A stretch of 63,719 nt of DNA, counting the filler, from Aduncisulcus paluster (lineage: Eukaryota): the NCBI GenBank assembly GCA_024181965.1. It is 23 parts of 23 records of this genome, joined end to end, with 100 filler letters (N's around TTAATTAATTAA, not from the genome) between each part and the next. Parts side by side here need not be neighbours in the genome. Positions count along the whole stretch, not along the records: positions 42,757 to 57,143 come from BQXS01012076.1; positions 57,244 to 58,525 come from BQXS01012077.1; 21 more parts are not named here. One strand, given 5' to 3'. Under the pieces are notes generated by a model that had not been told where the DNA came from, did not search any database, and saw only the letters and a list, made by a program, of their open reading frames with translations. Position numbers and translations under genes: made by a program. Shown here piece by piece: positions 47,748 to 58,625 of the stretch. Position 1 is the stretch's first letter, and the number at the start of each line of letters is the position of its first letter.

Positions 47748-47845
47748 TTTTTTTTTTTTTTTTATTTATATGACGGCAAACTCTGCTTTGTGCGAAAAGA
47801 AATAAACAAAGACTTCCTTTTGATAAGTAATATTTTGCTATATAA
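47748..47845 (-). mobile_element. 87-bp retroposed fragment with A16 tail
   Basis: 47759-47845 is identical to 10174-10260; T16 at 47748-47763. Confidence 0.75.
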
Positions 47846-47847
47846 TT

Positions 47848-49398
47848 CTATTCAATCTTTTCATCCCTTTCTCGCCAATCCTTTAAGAACATCCCAACCC
47901 CCGCTTCATGTGCTGATTTGTCAAGGATGATGTCTGCAACCTCTTTCACCTTTTCACTTCCATTATCCATCGCGATGCCAACAGTCCCGGCTTTTACGAA
48001 GTTAACATCGTTATATCCATCCCCAAAGGTGCATGTCACAGGATCTCTCCCAAATTCAGTCTTAAATACCTCACAAATCTTGGCCAAGCCCTTTTCTTTG
48101 TCCATTCCTGACGGCAAGACTTCGCAAGCATACGGAACTGGACACACACAGAACATAGACTTGAATTCAGCCCTACAAAGAGAAAGGACAGCCTCACATT
48201 CCATAGGATATGAACTTTCAAGATCATCAAATTCATCTTCTTCGCGATCTCCACCCATCATCCTTCTTCGAGCAGCCATTTCTTCACGCATTAGCTCAGT
48301 GGTAAGCTTCAAACAGTTATCAATGGAACATGGGAGCTCAGTGGTATGACTTCTCATATAACACTCGGTGAGACACTTTGGTAAGTGCATGGATGGTTCT
48401 AATGGACGCCTAGGAAGTGCAAAGGTGAGCTTCTGAGGGTTTGCAATGGGCAATATTCTCTCTAGAATCGAAGCATCTTCAGTAATGGCACAGACAATCC
48501 CAAGCTTCTTGCAAAGATCACAACAGAATTCATCCATTGGGACAAAACACATGTCTCCACTCACAGGTGGGCGATATACAAGAAAACATGGGATTGGTGG
48601 AAGAGCAACAGCCATAATCGATTGATCAAATTTAGGATCTATCTTGGAAACGGCTTCTTCACATAATTTGGATGCATTACCATTTTTCGTGAATGCTAAT
48701 TCAACTTCTTTGGAAATATATTCGGCGTGTGTGCCAAGGAGGTGGGAAATATATACTTTGATACCTTGTTGGAACAATTGCATTGAAATATTATCTTCCC
48801 GGGAAATTCCAAAGGGTAAAGGATTGTGAGTAGGTGAAATGACATGAGACAACATGTCCAGAGTTATTTGATATCCAACAGGTCTTGTAATAAATTCAGA
48901 AATCCTAATACATTTCTGAAGAACTGGGAGTGAAATTTTATCCAATATGTATGACGAACTTGATTGTAAATAATGTAAAATCTGCCTCCCCCCTTCAGAA
49001 AAACAGGGGATAGCCATCTGCTTTGGGAAATGAGGTGCCAAATGTTTTTGTCGGGTAGAAAAGAATGGAATGATATTCCCAATGATACTTTTATCTTTGT
49101 CGGATTTTTCTGGGTCATAGATATGAGCCATTCCTCCATTGACAGATACAATCGAAAAGAGTTTTGACTGAGCTAACAGACCAATATCATTGGCAACCTG
49201 AATAATAGAACCTGTTCCTCTTCCTGAGGCAAGACAAATATTCTTTCCTACTTTCTGAGCTTCAAGGAGTTCGACCTTCACAGAATCGGGCACCCTTTCC
49301 CCTTTTACAAGCAAAGTACCATCAATATCACTTGCTAAGAGATCCAAGTCAGAATATAAGAATTCAGGTATTTGTCCAGGCATTGTATTTGGGAGCAA
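47848..49398 (-). CDS. Cof-type HAD hydrolase (subfamily IIB) with enlarged cap
   Basis: SDIDGTL, LASGR, NGG, EVLPSGMDKEKGL, FGDGYND, AMDNG. Confidence 0.9.
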   Translation of the reverse strand: MLPNTMPGQIPEFLYSDLDLLASDIDGTLLVKGERVPDSVKVELLEAQKVGKNICLASGRGTGSIIQVANDIGLLAQSKLFSIVSVNGGMAHIYDPEKSDKDKSIIGNIIPFFSTRQKHLAPHFPKQMAIPCFSEGGRQILHYLQSSSSYILDKISLPVLQKCIRISEFITRPVGYQITLDMLSHVISPTHNPLPFGISREDNISMQLFQQGIKVYISHLLGTHAEYISKEVELAFTKNGNASKLCEEAVSKIDPKFDQSIMAVALPPIPCFLVYRPPVSGDMCFVPMDEFCCDLCKKLGIVCAITEDASILERILPIANPQKLTFALPRRPLEPSMHLPKCLTECYMRSHTTELPCSIDNCLKLTTELMREEMAARRRMMGGDREEDEFDDLESSYPMECEAVLSLCRAEFKSMFCVCPVPYACEVLPSGMDKEKGLAKICEVFKTEFGRDPVTCTFGDGYNDVNFVKAGTVGIAMDNGSEKVKEVADIILDKSAHEAGVGMFLKDWRERDEKIE

Positions 49399-49551
49399 AA
49401 ACTATTTTGAATATTATATTTTTTTTGTGAAATGAAAATACAACAATTAAAGACGTGAATCCATTAATATTACATTTTAATCATTTTTAATGTATTCTTT
49501 ACTGAATATTCAACGGATAAAGAGAGATTAATTAAATGAACAGAAAAGCTA

Positions 49552-51461
49552 TTATTGATCATTTTCTTTGTTTTCTCCAACCTCTTCAAATAGTTTTTCC
49601 ACTCCTTCGTGGATTTCTTTTTCACAATGAGGACATATCCTAACAGATTCATATGAATCTATCAAGGCACTTGACAAAGTCTGTAAGGAGCTAAATTGAG
49701 CATACAACTCGCTGCTATATTGACGAAGTTCATCTCTTTCCTTAATTATCATGCCTACTTCAGCAATACTAGCAGCTTTGGCATCTTCGTCATCTCTGGT
49801 TGCTAATGATGAGGAAATAGCATTGAAATTTTCCTCCTCCTCTTCCTTCTCACCGCTCTTATCTGAAATAAAGCTTTTAGAAGTGTTTGAATCACCAAGA
49901 CTCACTCCACTGGAGGGGCTTAATGTCGGAATAGAAGAAGAATGATCAGAAGACATTGAGCCTGATGGGTGGGCCTTTAATGTTGTTTCAGAGGAGTCAT
50001 GAGAACAACCAGCTTTTGGAGACTGCTTTTGAATTATTGAACTCTCTGAAGGACACTCCGGCCCGAGTTTGTTCCCAGTATCCTTTTCACTACCATCAAG
50101 AACTTTTGTTTCTTCTTCACATCCGGAAACAAAACTGTCATGAGCAATCGTAGGAGAAAAGGGCTGAGAATTATCCTGATTATCACTTTCTTCATCCTTC
50201 TCCTCATCTTGTCGATGGGAATGAGAAGGAGATTGATGACTTGCTTCGCTTGATTTTTCTCTTGCACCAAGACTCACTCCACTGGAGGGGCTTAATGTCG
50301 GAATAGAAGAAGAATGATCAGAAGACATTGAGCCTGATGGGTGGGCCTTTAATGTTGTTTCAGAGGAGTCATGAGAACAACCAGCTTTTGGAGACTGCTT
50401 TTGAATTATTGAACTCTCTGAAGGACACTCCGGCCCGAGTTTGTTCCCAGTATCCTTTTCACTACCATCAAGAACTTTTGTTTCTTCTTCACATCCGGAA
50501 ACAAAACTGTCATGAGCAATCGTAGGAGAAAAGGGCTGAGAATTATCCTGATTATCACTTTCTTCATCCTTCTCCTCATCTTGTCGATGGGAATAGAAGA
50601 AGAATGATCAGAAGACATTGAGCCTGATGGGTGGGCCTTTAATGTTGTTTCAGAGGAGTCATGAGAACAACCAGCTTTTGGAGACTGCTTTTGAATTATT
50701 GAACTCTCTGAAGGACACTCCGGCCCGAGTTTGTTCCCAGTATCCTTTTCACTACCATCAAGAACTTTTGTTTCTTCTTCACATCCGGAAACAAAACTGT
50801 CATGAGCAATCGTAGGAGAAAAGGGCTGAGAATTATCCTGATTATCACTTTCTTCATCCTTCTCCTCATCTTGTCGATGGGAATGAGAAGGAGATTGATG
50901 ACTTGCTTCGCTTGATTTTTCTCTTGCGATTTCACCATCTTCATCTTTTTGAGCTTTAGCTTTGATACCAGAAACGAATCCAACCATCTCACAAACAGAT
51001 GGAACAATACTTCCCTCATCAATTCCATGTTTTGAAAGAATCTGTCGAAGGAATGTAACCTCAGCATTACATTGGGAAATAATAGTGGTCGTCTGGGAAC
51101 GAAGAGAAGTGATATCAGAAATAAACTTCGCTCTTTTCTGAGATAATTTCGTTATTTCTTCATCGTAATGATTTTTTAGGATTTTTTGCTGTTGGAGAGA
51201 ATCAGCTGCTCGTTTTGTTTCAAGTTCTATTCGCTTTCTCAATTCAGTTTTCTCTTGATTTGATCGAGCAAGTTCAATTATTAAAGTTTTTTGTTCTCCT
51301 TCGAGTTCCTTAATTCGTTCATTAAGATCAGAAATATCCTTCTCCACCAAAAGTCTCTGCTGCCGTTCTTTATGATAATCTAATTCCTTTTGTTTCGCCT
51401 CTCGTTCTATTTCTAGAACTTGTTGAAATAATTCTTTGGAAATGTCAGTCATTTTCTTCAA
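49552..51461 (-). CDS. Coiled-coil protein with internal Ser-rich tandem repeats, frameshifted in this assembly
   Basis: N-terminal coiled coil, three repeat copies and a C-terminal CPHC. A 290-bp unit breaks the frame. Confidence 0.65.
49894..50926 (-). repeat. Tandem repeat, 372-bp and 290-bp periods
   Basis: Identical blocks start at 49956, 50328 and 50618. Confidence 0.92.
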
Positions 51462-52010
51462 TTAGGAGTTTTGTGAAATATAGATACAACAAAGAAAAAA
51501 AATTATCAAATAATCAGAGGTACAAGGATTTCCAAATAATAAATGTCAATACTCCCAATGGTATTGTCACCAAACAGACAGAAAGCAGAAGCAAACAAAA
51601 AACACATAGAATGGTGGAAAAGGAAATCCTCAGAAAAACCCATCAAATATTCGCATATGAAGTAACTTATCAATCATATCACAACATATAATATATTAGG
51701 AGTCGGAAATAACAGCTTCAAAAGAATGTGATTACCTATGAGCAGAATCCGAAGATAAGAAAGAGATTTCCGAAGAAATCAGAATTAAATCGCAGATTAA
51801 TTGTGGAATACCATTTAGAAACACATATTGAATTTGATATAGTGGCAAAACAGGTTATTTCAATTTCCTTGCTAATCTAGTTATAAAGATATATTATAAT
51901 CATTGTTAATTATTGTTAATCTCAATATAAACCAGCATTAATAATAATATAATTTTGTTATCATTCCCAAACACGGTTCTGGTTAAACGAGTCGTTTTCC
52001 CGTGTAAATA

Positions 52011-52820
52011 ATGACAAACAAATATAAAGTTGCATTTTTTGATGTAGATGATACTCTTACAATTGGAAATGTTTGGCAAAAAGTTCATTCCTCATTCAAA
52101 ACTCTCGAACATAGCTTAAAGCATTGGAAGCAGTTTAGAGCCAAAGAGATTACATATTCCCAATGGATTGAAAAGGACGTTGCCTTTTGGATTGGAAAAA
52201 CTCGGGCAGAGGTTATTTCAGCTTTCAAACCAATCAAACTTGTTCCCGGTGCTTCTGAAGCTCTCCATTTCCTTCAAAGTCAGGGTGTTTTGATAGTTTT
52301 AATTTCAGGGGGACTCCTATGCAATTGTGTTGAAGTTGCTAAATCCCTTGATATCGAACCTTTTGCAATCTTCTCCAATGAACTCATATTTAGTGAAGAT
52401 GAAAAAGTGTTTGGCGCCATTGGAAAGTGTAGCGCAATTCATACTGATCTTGAGCCCAAACATGTCGATGCTCACGAAATTGAAGGAGTTGATTCACCTT
52501 CTGTCGATGATATATCATCACCAACTTCCCCCGATAAGGCGTCATTCGAACAATTAAAGAAATCATTTAGTATCGATCACATGCTCAAAGGTCTCACTGA
52601 TATTTCGAAAGGAGAATTTGTTCGCCGTTTTTGTTCTGAACTAGGTCTTTCGAAGGACGATGTAATCTCTGTCGGTGATGGGATGATTGATATCACCCTA
52701 TTCAAAGAGTCAAAGCTTAGTTTCGCTGTAAATACGATAAATCCAAGTGTTATCGAAGCAGCAAGTCATCATTGTGATTATAAAGAGATGATTTCGATTC
52801 TGAAGGCTGAATTCCCATAA
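52011..52820 (+). CDS. HAD hydrolase, phosphoserine phosphatase-like
   Basis: FFDVDDTL, LISGG, SKGE, VGDGMID. Confidence 0.85.
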   Translation: MTNKYKVAFFDVDDTLTIGNVWQKVHSSFKTLEHSLKHWKQFRAKEITYSQWIEKDVAFWIGKTRAEVISAFKPIKLVPGASEALHFLQSQGVLIVLISGGLLCNCVEVAKSLDIEPFAIFSNELIFSEDEKVFGAIGKCSAIHTDLEPKHVDAHEIEGVDSPSVDDISSPTSPDKASFEQLKKSFSIDHMLKGLTDISKGEFVRRFCSELGLSKDDVISVGDGMIDITLFKESKLSFAVNTINPSVIEAASHHCDYKEMISILKAEFP

Positions 52821-52923
52821 CTTAGCTCAAAGAAGAAGTCAAAAGTATAAATATTTCCACGAATATAACATAGATTAACAATCTGAATAAATGAGTTCGC
52901 AATGAAAGGAAAATAGATCTATT

Positions 52924-53681
52924 TTATTTATCGCCGTCTTCAATATCAAAAAAATCTTTTCCACCAATCCAAGCCTTGATATATAGACACGATTGTGGAT
53001 TTGTGCTCACATTACCTGGATGACAGCTAGCAGCTCGAGGGCATCCAGCACATGGAGTAGCAGATAGAAACCCTCCAATGTATCCTGCTTTACGACCATC
53101 AGAGGTCTCGGTCATTGGCACGGTGAAGACTTCACGACGCTTACTCTCTTCTTGAACTTTCAAAAGTCGACCATCGTATACCATGGCATTAAGCAAAGTA
53201 TTGATTTCTGTTTCTCGAAGAGTTGTTTTACAAACACCTGCTGAAGAGATATATTCAGATATTTCTCCACTTTGAGCAAACCCTTTCAATTTTACATATC
53301 GTTCTGTGATCTTCATTAATATATTTATAAATTCTTTATCAAAATCCTTCCCATCATACCAAACACCACCACTTATTTGTGGATCTGGAATCAAATCAGC
53401 TTGGATATACATTTTTCTATTTCCATGAATGGGAGTAAACCGCTTGACGAATTTACGCGATTCTAATCCCCTTAATGATTTTAATAGGGTGCTCATTGGC
53501 AAGCCAATTTTTGTTTGAATATCATTGAGCCAAATACCTTTTGTTCCACTTGCTGATATTAATTCAAAAACTTCCTTTTCTATTCATCCAAATACAATGA
53601 ATAACATCATAAAATTTATCAAAAATAATTAATAACTGCTTTTATAGCAACAATATAAATATAAAAAGTCAACATACCCAT
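52924..53681 (-). CDS. POLR3F: RNA polymerase III subunit C34 (two exons: 53681-53678 and 53579-52924)
   Basis: GIWLNDI, ISGGVWY..DFDKEFI, LLNAMVYDG and the C-terminal Cys cluster PCAGCP..C..C..W. A GTATGT..TAG intron at 53677-53580 restores M-E-K-E-V-F. Confidence 0.88.
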
Positions 53682-54022
53682 TGAATACCCACCAAAACCT
53701 GATTTTCAATTTTCTATTGTTAAATGCAGAATAATAGGAATAAAAAAAATAAATATTGATCTTGTTTCCTCTATTTATAAAGAAAATAGAATATTTTAAT
53801 CAAGATAATACAATATTACCTCGACAAATGTCCGAGGTAAAATTGGGATATTTGATTAATAATACAGGAAATAAAATATTAATAAGTCATGCATATCAAT
53901 AGAATTATTCAAAAAAGCTCATCACATTTATTTTTCTCAACGCTCTTCCCATTCTTCCTGTTCGAAAGCAAATGTCTCTTTTTGTTCCACTTTCGTGTAT
54001 ATAATCAAGAAAACAATATAAA

Positions 54023-54733
54023 ATGCCTTACAACTGTTCAATTTGTATGGGACCCCTCTTCGCTGCCCCCGGTGATTCTGTTGTTTTGCCATGTGGTCAT
54101 TGTTTCCATTGTGATACTTGTTTAGCCGGTGCCGGAAATTCTTGTGCCATCTGTCGTAAAACCTACACCCAACCTCAGACTATCAAACTCCAACTCCTTT
54201 CTTCCGTTGATCCTCGTATTGCTGAACTTGACACCAAGATTCTCGAGAAGAACGCTGAGTTAGCCCAAAAGGGAGGTTCAATCACTCGTTACACTCGTGA
54301 AGCTGAGGAATTCGGTAGAAATGCTGAGCGTCTTGTTGGCAAAGAGGCTGAATTGAAGGATCAAATTCGTGATGCCAAGGTTGCCGTCAAGGATGCTGAA
54401 AAAGAAAAGGAGGAAGGAAAAGTTAAGATTGATGACGCTATGAAGGCTCTTCACGAGAAGAACAAGGAATGGGAAGGGGAGCGTAAGAAGATCACTGATG
54501 AGCAAATCAAGGCTTCTGCCCGTATACAAGCACAAGCTAAAGAAATTATTACCATTGGTGGGAGAGTCAAGGAGTGCAGTATTGATTTCTGCCATCAGAA
54601 ACGTTACATTGATGCTGTCAAACGTGCTTCTGAGAAATGTCCTGGAGAGAACCCTATTCAGACTTACACTGTGAAATTGATCACTGGAGAGATCGAACCC
54701 TCAAAGAACATCTCTCTTTTGGACTCTAGATAA
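54023..54733 (+). CDS. RING-H2 + coiled-coil protein
   Basis: CSIC..PCGHCFHC..C..CAIC, then coiled coil; paralog of the gene at 35082. Confidence 0.88.
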   Translation: MPYNCSICMGPLFAAPGDSVVLPCGHCFHCDTCLAGAGNSCAICRKTYTQPQTIKLQLLSSVDPRIAELDTKILEKNAELAQKGGSITRYTREAEEFGRNAERLVGKEAELKDQIRDAKVAVKDAEKEKEEGKVKIDDAMKALHEKNKEWEGERKKITDEQIKASARIQAQAKEIITIGGRVKECSIDFCHQKRYIDAVKRASEKCPGENPIQTYTVKLITGEIEPSKNISLLDSR

Positions 54734-54851
54734 GTTTGATTGACCTTTATTCAAGTAAATACGTGATTATTGCAGATGTAATTATTCCTTTGCTGACAAC
54801 TTATTTCGATGAAGAATCAGGATAAAAAACAAGAAAACTTTGCATAAAAAA

Positions 54852-55793
54852 TTATTTTATCATTCTACTCTCTATTATCCACTGATCGACACAAACCCGG
54901 AGCTCACGGGCATCGATATTAGATATTCCTTCATCCTGAACAAAAACTGTCCATCGTGATGTGTATTGTAGGTGATTTTTCACTGTTCCATGTCCTCTAC
55001 CGATGACATAGACTCGATTTCCAACAGATATAGGGATTTGAGTCGACACTAGCATAGACGGATATATCATGGCTTCTTTATGTTTATATGGGGTAATAAT
55101 AGCCTTAGTTAAGTTTTCTTTTGAGAAGAAGCTCGAAATATTGTGAATAGGAGTGGAAATAGTTCCCAAGATTGAAATGTTCCCCCGATCTCCACATTTA
55201 CAAATGCATAAAATGCCACGGAGACGAGGATGTGCAGGAGAATTCACAAACGAGAAAAAGTTATCTGGTTGGAGTATCGACTCATCAATCGGAAGAGTAG
55301 GGCTTGCAGAAGCACTTGTACCATCATCTCGAGTATACCCTCGATGTTTCTCCTTCCACTCAGCCTCTCTCTTCTTTTCCATTCCCAAACCCTCCCCTTC
55401 ATTTCTCATAAAAGATTCGAAATGGCATTCAGGCTTCTTTTCCTTTTCAATTTCACTTTTCAAAAGATCATCGTGATAATCAACTTCAATGGTCCCAGAC
55501 AAAACACCAGCCTTCTTTAATAACGTAGATTCAAGGCTATTTGATATTCCTATGGGATATGACGGGATATCTGATGATGAATGAGGGATGGATGTAGAAG
55601 TCGATAGAGGAGATCTAGACTCCTTAGAAAACCTTCTCTTACCATCTACTATTGAATTTTCTTCATTAAAAGAACCAATCTCTTCTTTCAGTTTTGAGGT
55701 GGTCTTTTTCTTTTTCACTCTCTTTTTCACAATTTTTTTCGTGACTTTATGCCCATCTTTGTTAATATATGACATTTCACATCCCTTTTTCAT
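54852..55793 (-). CDS. Hypothetical protein with C-terminal KOW/SH3-like segment (GPKOW/KIN17-like?)
   Basis: IPISVGNRVYVIGRGHGTV resembles a KOW motif; basic N-terminus. Confidence 0.4.
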   Translation of the reverse strand: MKKGCEMSYINKDGHKVTKKIVKKRVKKKKTTSKLKEEIGSFNEENSIVDGKRRFSKESRSPLSTSTSIPHSSSDIPSYPIGISNSLESTLLKKAGVLSGTIEVDYHDDLLKSEIEKEKKPECHFESFMRNEGEGLGMEKKREAEWKEKHRGYTRDDGTSASASPTLPIDESILQPDNFFSFVNSPAHPRLRGILCICKCGDRGNISILGTISTPIHNISSFFSKENLTKAIITPYKHKEAMIYPSMLVSTQIPISVGNRVYVIGRGHGTVKNHLQYTSRWTVFVQDEGISNIDARELRVCVDQWIIESRMIK

Positions 55794-56028
55794 TCAATAA
55801 ACAATCCAATGAGAGTGGATTGGAGATATCTCAAACAATAGAAGCAAATTGGGCTTGTGCACGAATCCAACAGAATTATTCAAAAACTAGAGTAATAAAA
55901 GAAAAGTTAGAATAATAAAATGGCTATTAGCAATTTATTATCAATGATAGACTAGAAACTAGAAACACTGTTGAAATTGGCAATTTCATTTCAAAATCTA
56001 TTAATTTTTGAGATTGAGAACCAATAAA

Positions 56029-56316
56029 TCACTTTTTAACAGCTCTTAAACGTTCTCTATCCTTTTCCCTTTGTCTGTGTTGAATGGCATGACTTGTTCT
56101 ACGCTCAGCAAGTATGACATCAACCCTTTTCTTAACATCACTTATCCTCTTTTGTTGATGTTGAAGTGATTTCATTGTTGTTGATAATTTTGAAATATAG
56201 CTTGGAATATAACTCAATACTTTGTTAATTTTTTCTATTTTCTTTGCGTCTTCTTCATCTATCGTGACGGATTGTAAATTTGTTAATAAGTCATCTTGGG
56301 TTGTTCTAGACAGCAT
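56029..56316 (-). CDS. Small coiled-coil protein, BLOC-1 pallidin-like
   Basis: YISKL..MKSL..RISDVKKRV..RQREKDRERLRA resembles the BLOC1S6 C-terminus. Confidence 0.4.
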   Translation of the reverse strand: MLSRTTQDDLLTNLQSVTIDEEDAKKIEKINKVLSYIPSYISKLSTTMKSLQHQQKRISDVKKRVDVILAERRTSHAIQHRQREKDRERLRAVKK

Positions 56317-56785
56317 AATATAAAAATACAATAAAAAATTTAAGTGAATTATGAATAAATAGGACAATATCCTCCAAATTGACAGAGATGTTGAAGTGAA
56401 AACGAGACATACTCTAATTCTGTCATTTTAAGCTGAAATTCCTCGACATATGAAAGAATTGATGTATTTTCTGAAGAAAGTGGTGTCGATGATTCCATTT
56501 GTTGTCAATATAACGAGAAACTATTGATGTCTTGGTAGAAACCCAATGCAAAAATAGAGAAAGGTTTGATCATATTAGAATTTTAGAATGGCTTATATAT
56601 ACTATTTTTTCTTTTTTAGGTTTTTGTGAAGTTTTCTAATTAATTAGATTGAACCAACATGACCACGGGCTTAAACAATAACAATCCTGAAAAATTATTG
56701 CGAATTTTTTTTTCGAATATTCTTGAATTATTAAAATTTAAATAAACACAGTATGTGATTGTATTTTTAGATTTTGTAAATTTAA

Positions 56786-57143
56786 ATGGGATTTTTTGAT
56801 TGTCTTGTGAAGATGGACAAATATTTAACGAGTATTATTAAGAAAACTATACTAGAACTTTTGGTTGAGAAGAAAAAAATGATCGAAGATCTAAAAGAAA
56901 CCGGAGAACGAATTGAAAAGATTAATGAAGATGCTTTGGTTGTGCTCACCGAAGTTTTTAAGTCATTTTTGAAAGATATCGCATCAAGAGCCCGTGTTAT
57001 TTGTGAACATTCAGCCTCTCCTTTCTTAACTATCCCCCTCCTTCAAGCCTTAATTGAAGATGTGATGGATCCACTTCAAATGAACGAAAAGAGCATTATT
57101 AAAGCATCATTTGAAAAAAGAAGGTTACAAAGTGTTGAAGGAC
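56786..57143 (+). CDS. Histone-fold BTP-domain protein (TAF3/TAF8-like), partial
   Basis: EDALVVLTEVFKSFLKDIASRARVICEHSA. Confidence 0.55.
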
Positions 57144-57243
57144 NNNNNNNNNNNNNNNNNNNNNNNNNNNNNNNNNNNNNNNNNNNNTTAATTAATTAAN
57201 NNNNNNNNNNNNNNNNNNNNNNNNNNNNNNNNNNNNNNNNNNN

Positions 57244-57819
57244 TCCACAGGAAAGAAGAGCCTGCCGATACCATGGTCGTATCCGGGGATCATATGATGA
57301 GCTATCAAAACGTGCGCCAAGCAAGTGTTGTGAAGAATCATAAAAGCGCCAACGCTGGGCACTCCCCGTGCTTTCATCCACTTGAATCAACCGTTCAATA
57401 TATGCACATCCCTCCGGAGCTTCATATTTCGTAAGAATCTTTTGGGTCCCGCGCGGAGCAATGACCTGATAAAATGAGCCGTCTTCATAACCAATATATG
57501 CAGACATTAATTGACTATTTGAGTCGAGCATAGCCTTCATAGACTCAAATCTCTTGCTAAAAGAGCCCCTTCCTGAACCTTCCTCATCACGGCTAAGAGT
57601 TGCCCCGGCAACATTAGCGAGAGCAGCAACAGGTTCAATAAAAGCATTAAGCTTTGCCGCTGTCTTATCGGTTACTTCCTTAAAATAATCCTTAGCCGAT
57701 TCGATAGCGGCCTGATCAGACTGACTCTTGACTATAAACAGAATTGTCCCTGTGCTTAAAAGACATGTCCCGACAAGCAGGCAACATAAAATTAATGCAA
57801 CCGACCATTTACGATCCAT
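57244..57819 (-). CDS. Bacterial membrane sensor with dCache domain, N-terminal fragment
   Basis: GGAGG Shine-Dalgarno before ATG, TM helix, AYIGYEDGSF, YDPRIRPWYRQA. Confidence 0.85.
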
Positions 57820-57982
57820 ACTCCCTCCCTTCATTCTTCCTGCAGGACACACCGCCAGATAATTTTCATCCTACAAAACCTATCACTATAAATACTATAA
57901 GACAACGAAATGGAAATAAAAAACCGTGTGTACTATTAGTACACACGGTTCATTTGAAAGCAGTAATCGTCTAAAATTTATA

Positions 57983-58525
57983 TTATTTCAAAGAATTAAT
58001 TCTGTTTGTCAGCTTTCTAAATTCATTTTTCATTTCAATATTCTGAAAAACAACCAGATCAGGAGTTTGCAGTTCAGAGATACGATCCAGCATGGCATTA
58101 GCGTCCTGCATAAGAGTCATCAGACTATGCGCCCCCTGAACAGTCTCAAAGGTATTCAGGGCGACCTCATACTCATGAGCAATACCGGACTTCGCATCCG
58201 CAACGCGTTTTTTATTTCTACGGAGATAATCATCATACATCTTCGCTGTTCTAACTGTAAGTCCCTGCGCTGCAAGGTTGGTCTTGTATATGCCCCGATA
58301 CTTGGCAGGTTCACTATTTATCTTCTCAACGGTCCTCTGAATCAACTCTTCCTGCTTCTTGGTTATCTCTGCAATGCGGACCAGATAAACATCATCTATT
58401 TTCCGTTCATAGTTATTGTAAAGATTAAGCAAAATACGCAGCAATAAGGTATGCATACCATAATAACGCTTGGCCATTTCAATATTTTCATTTGCTTCGG
58501 CTGTAAGCCGCTGCAATTCTGTAGT
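57983..58525 (-). CDS. Bacterial-type hypothetical helical protein, C-terminal fragment
   Basis: Co-oriented with the dCache gene on the same contig. Confidence 0.6.
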   Translation of the reverse strand, partial: TTELQRLTAEANENIEMAKRYYGMHTLLLRILLNLYNNYERKIDDVYLVRIAEITKKQEELIQRTVEKINSEPAKYRGIYKTNLAAQGLTVRTAKMYDDYLRRNKKRVADAKSGIAHEYEVALNTFETVQGAHSLMTLMQDANAMLDRISELQTPDLVVFQNIEMKNEFRKLTNRINSLK

Positions 58526-58625
58526 NNNNNNNNNNNNNNNNNNNNNNNNNNNNNNNNNNNNNNNNNNNNTTAATTAATTAANNNNNNNNNNNNNNNNNNN
58601 NNNNNNNNNNNNNNNNNNNNNNNNN

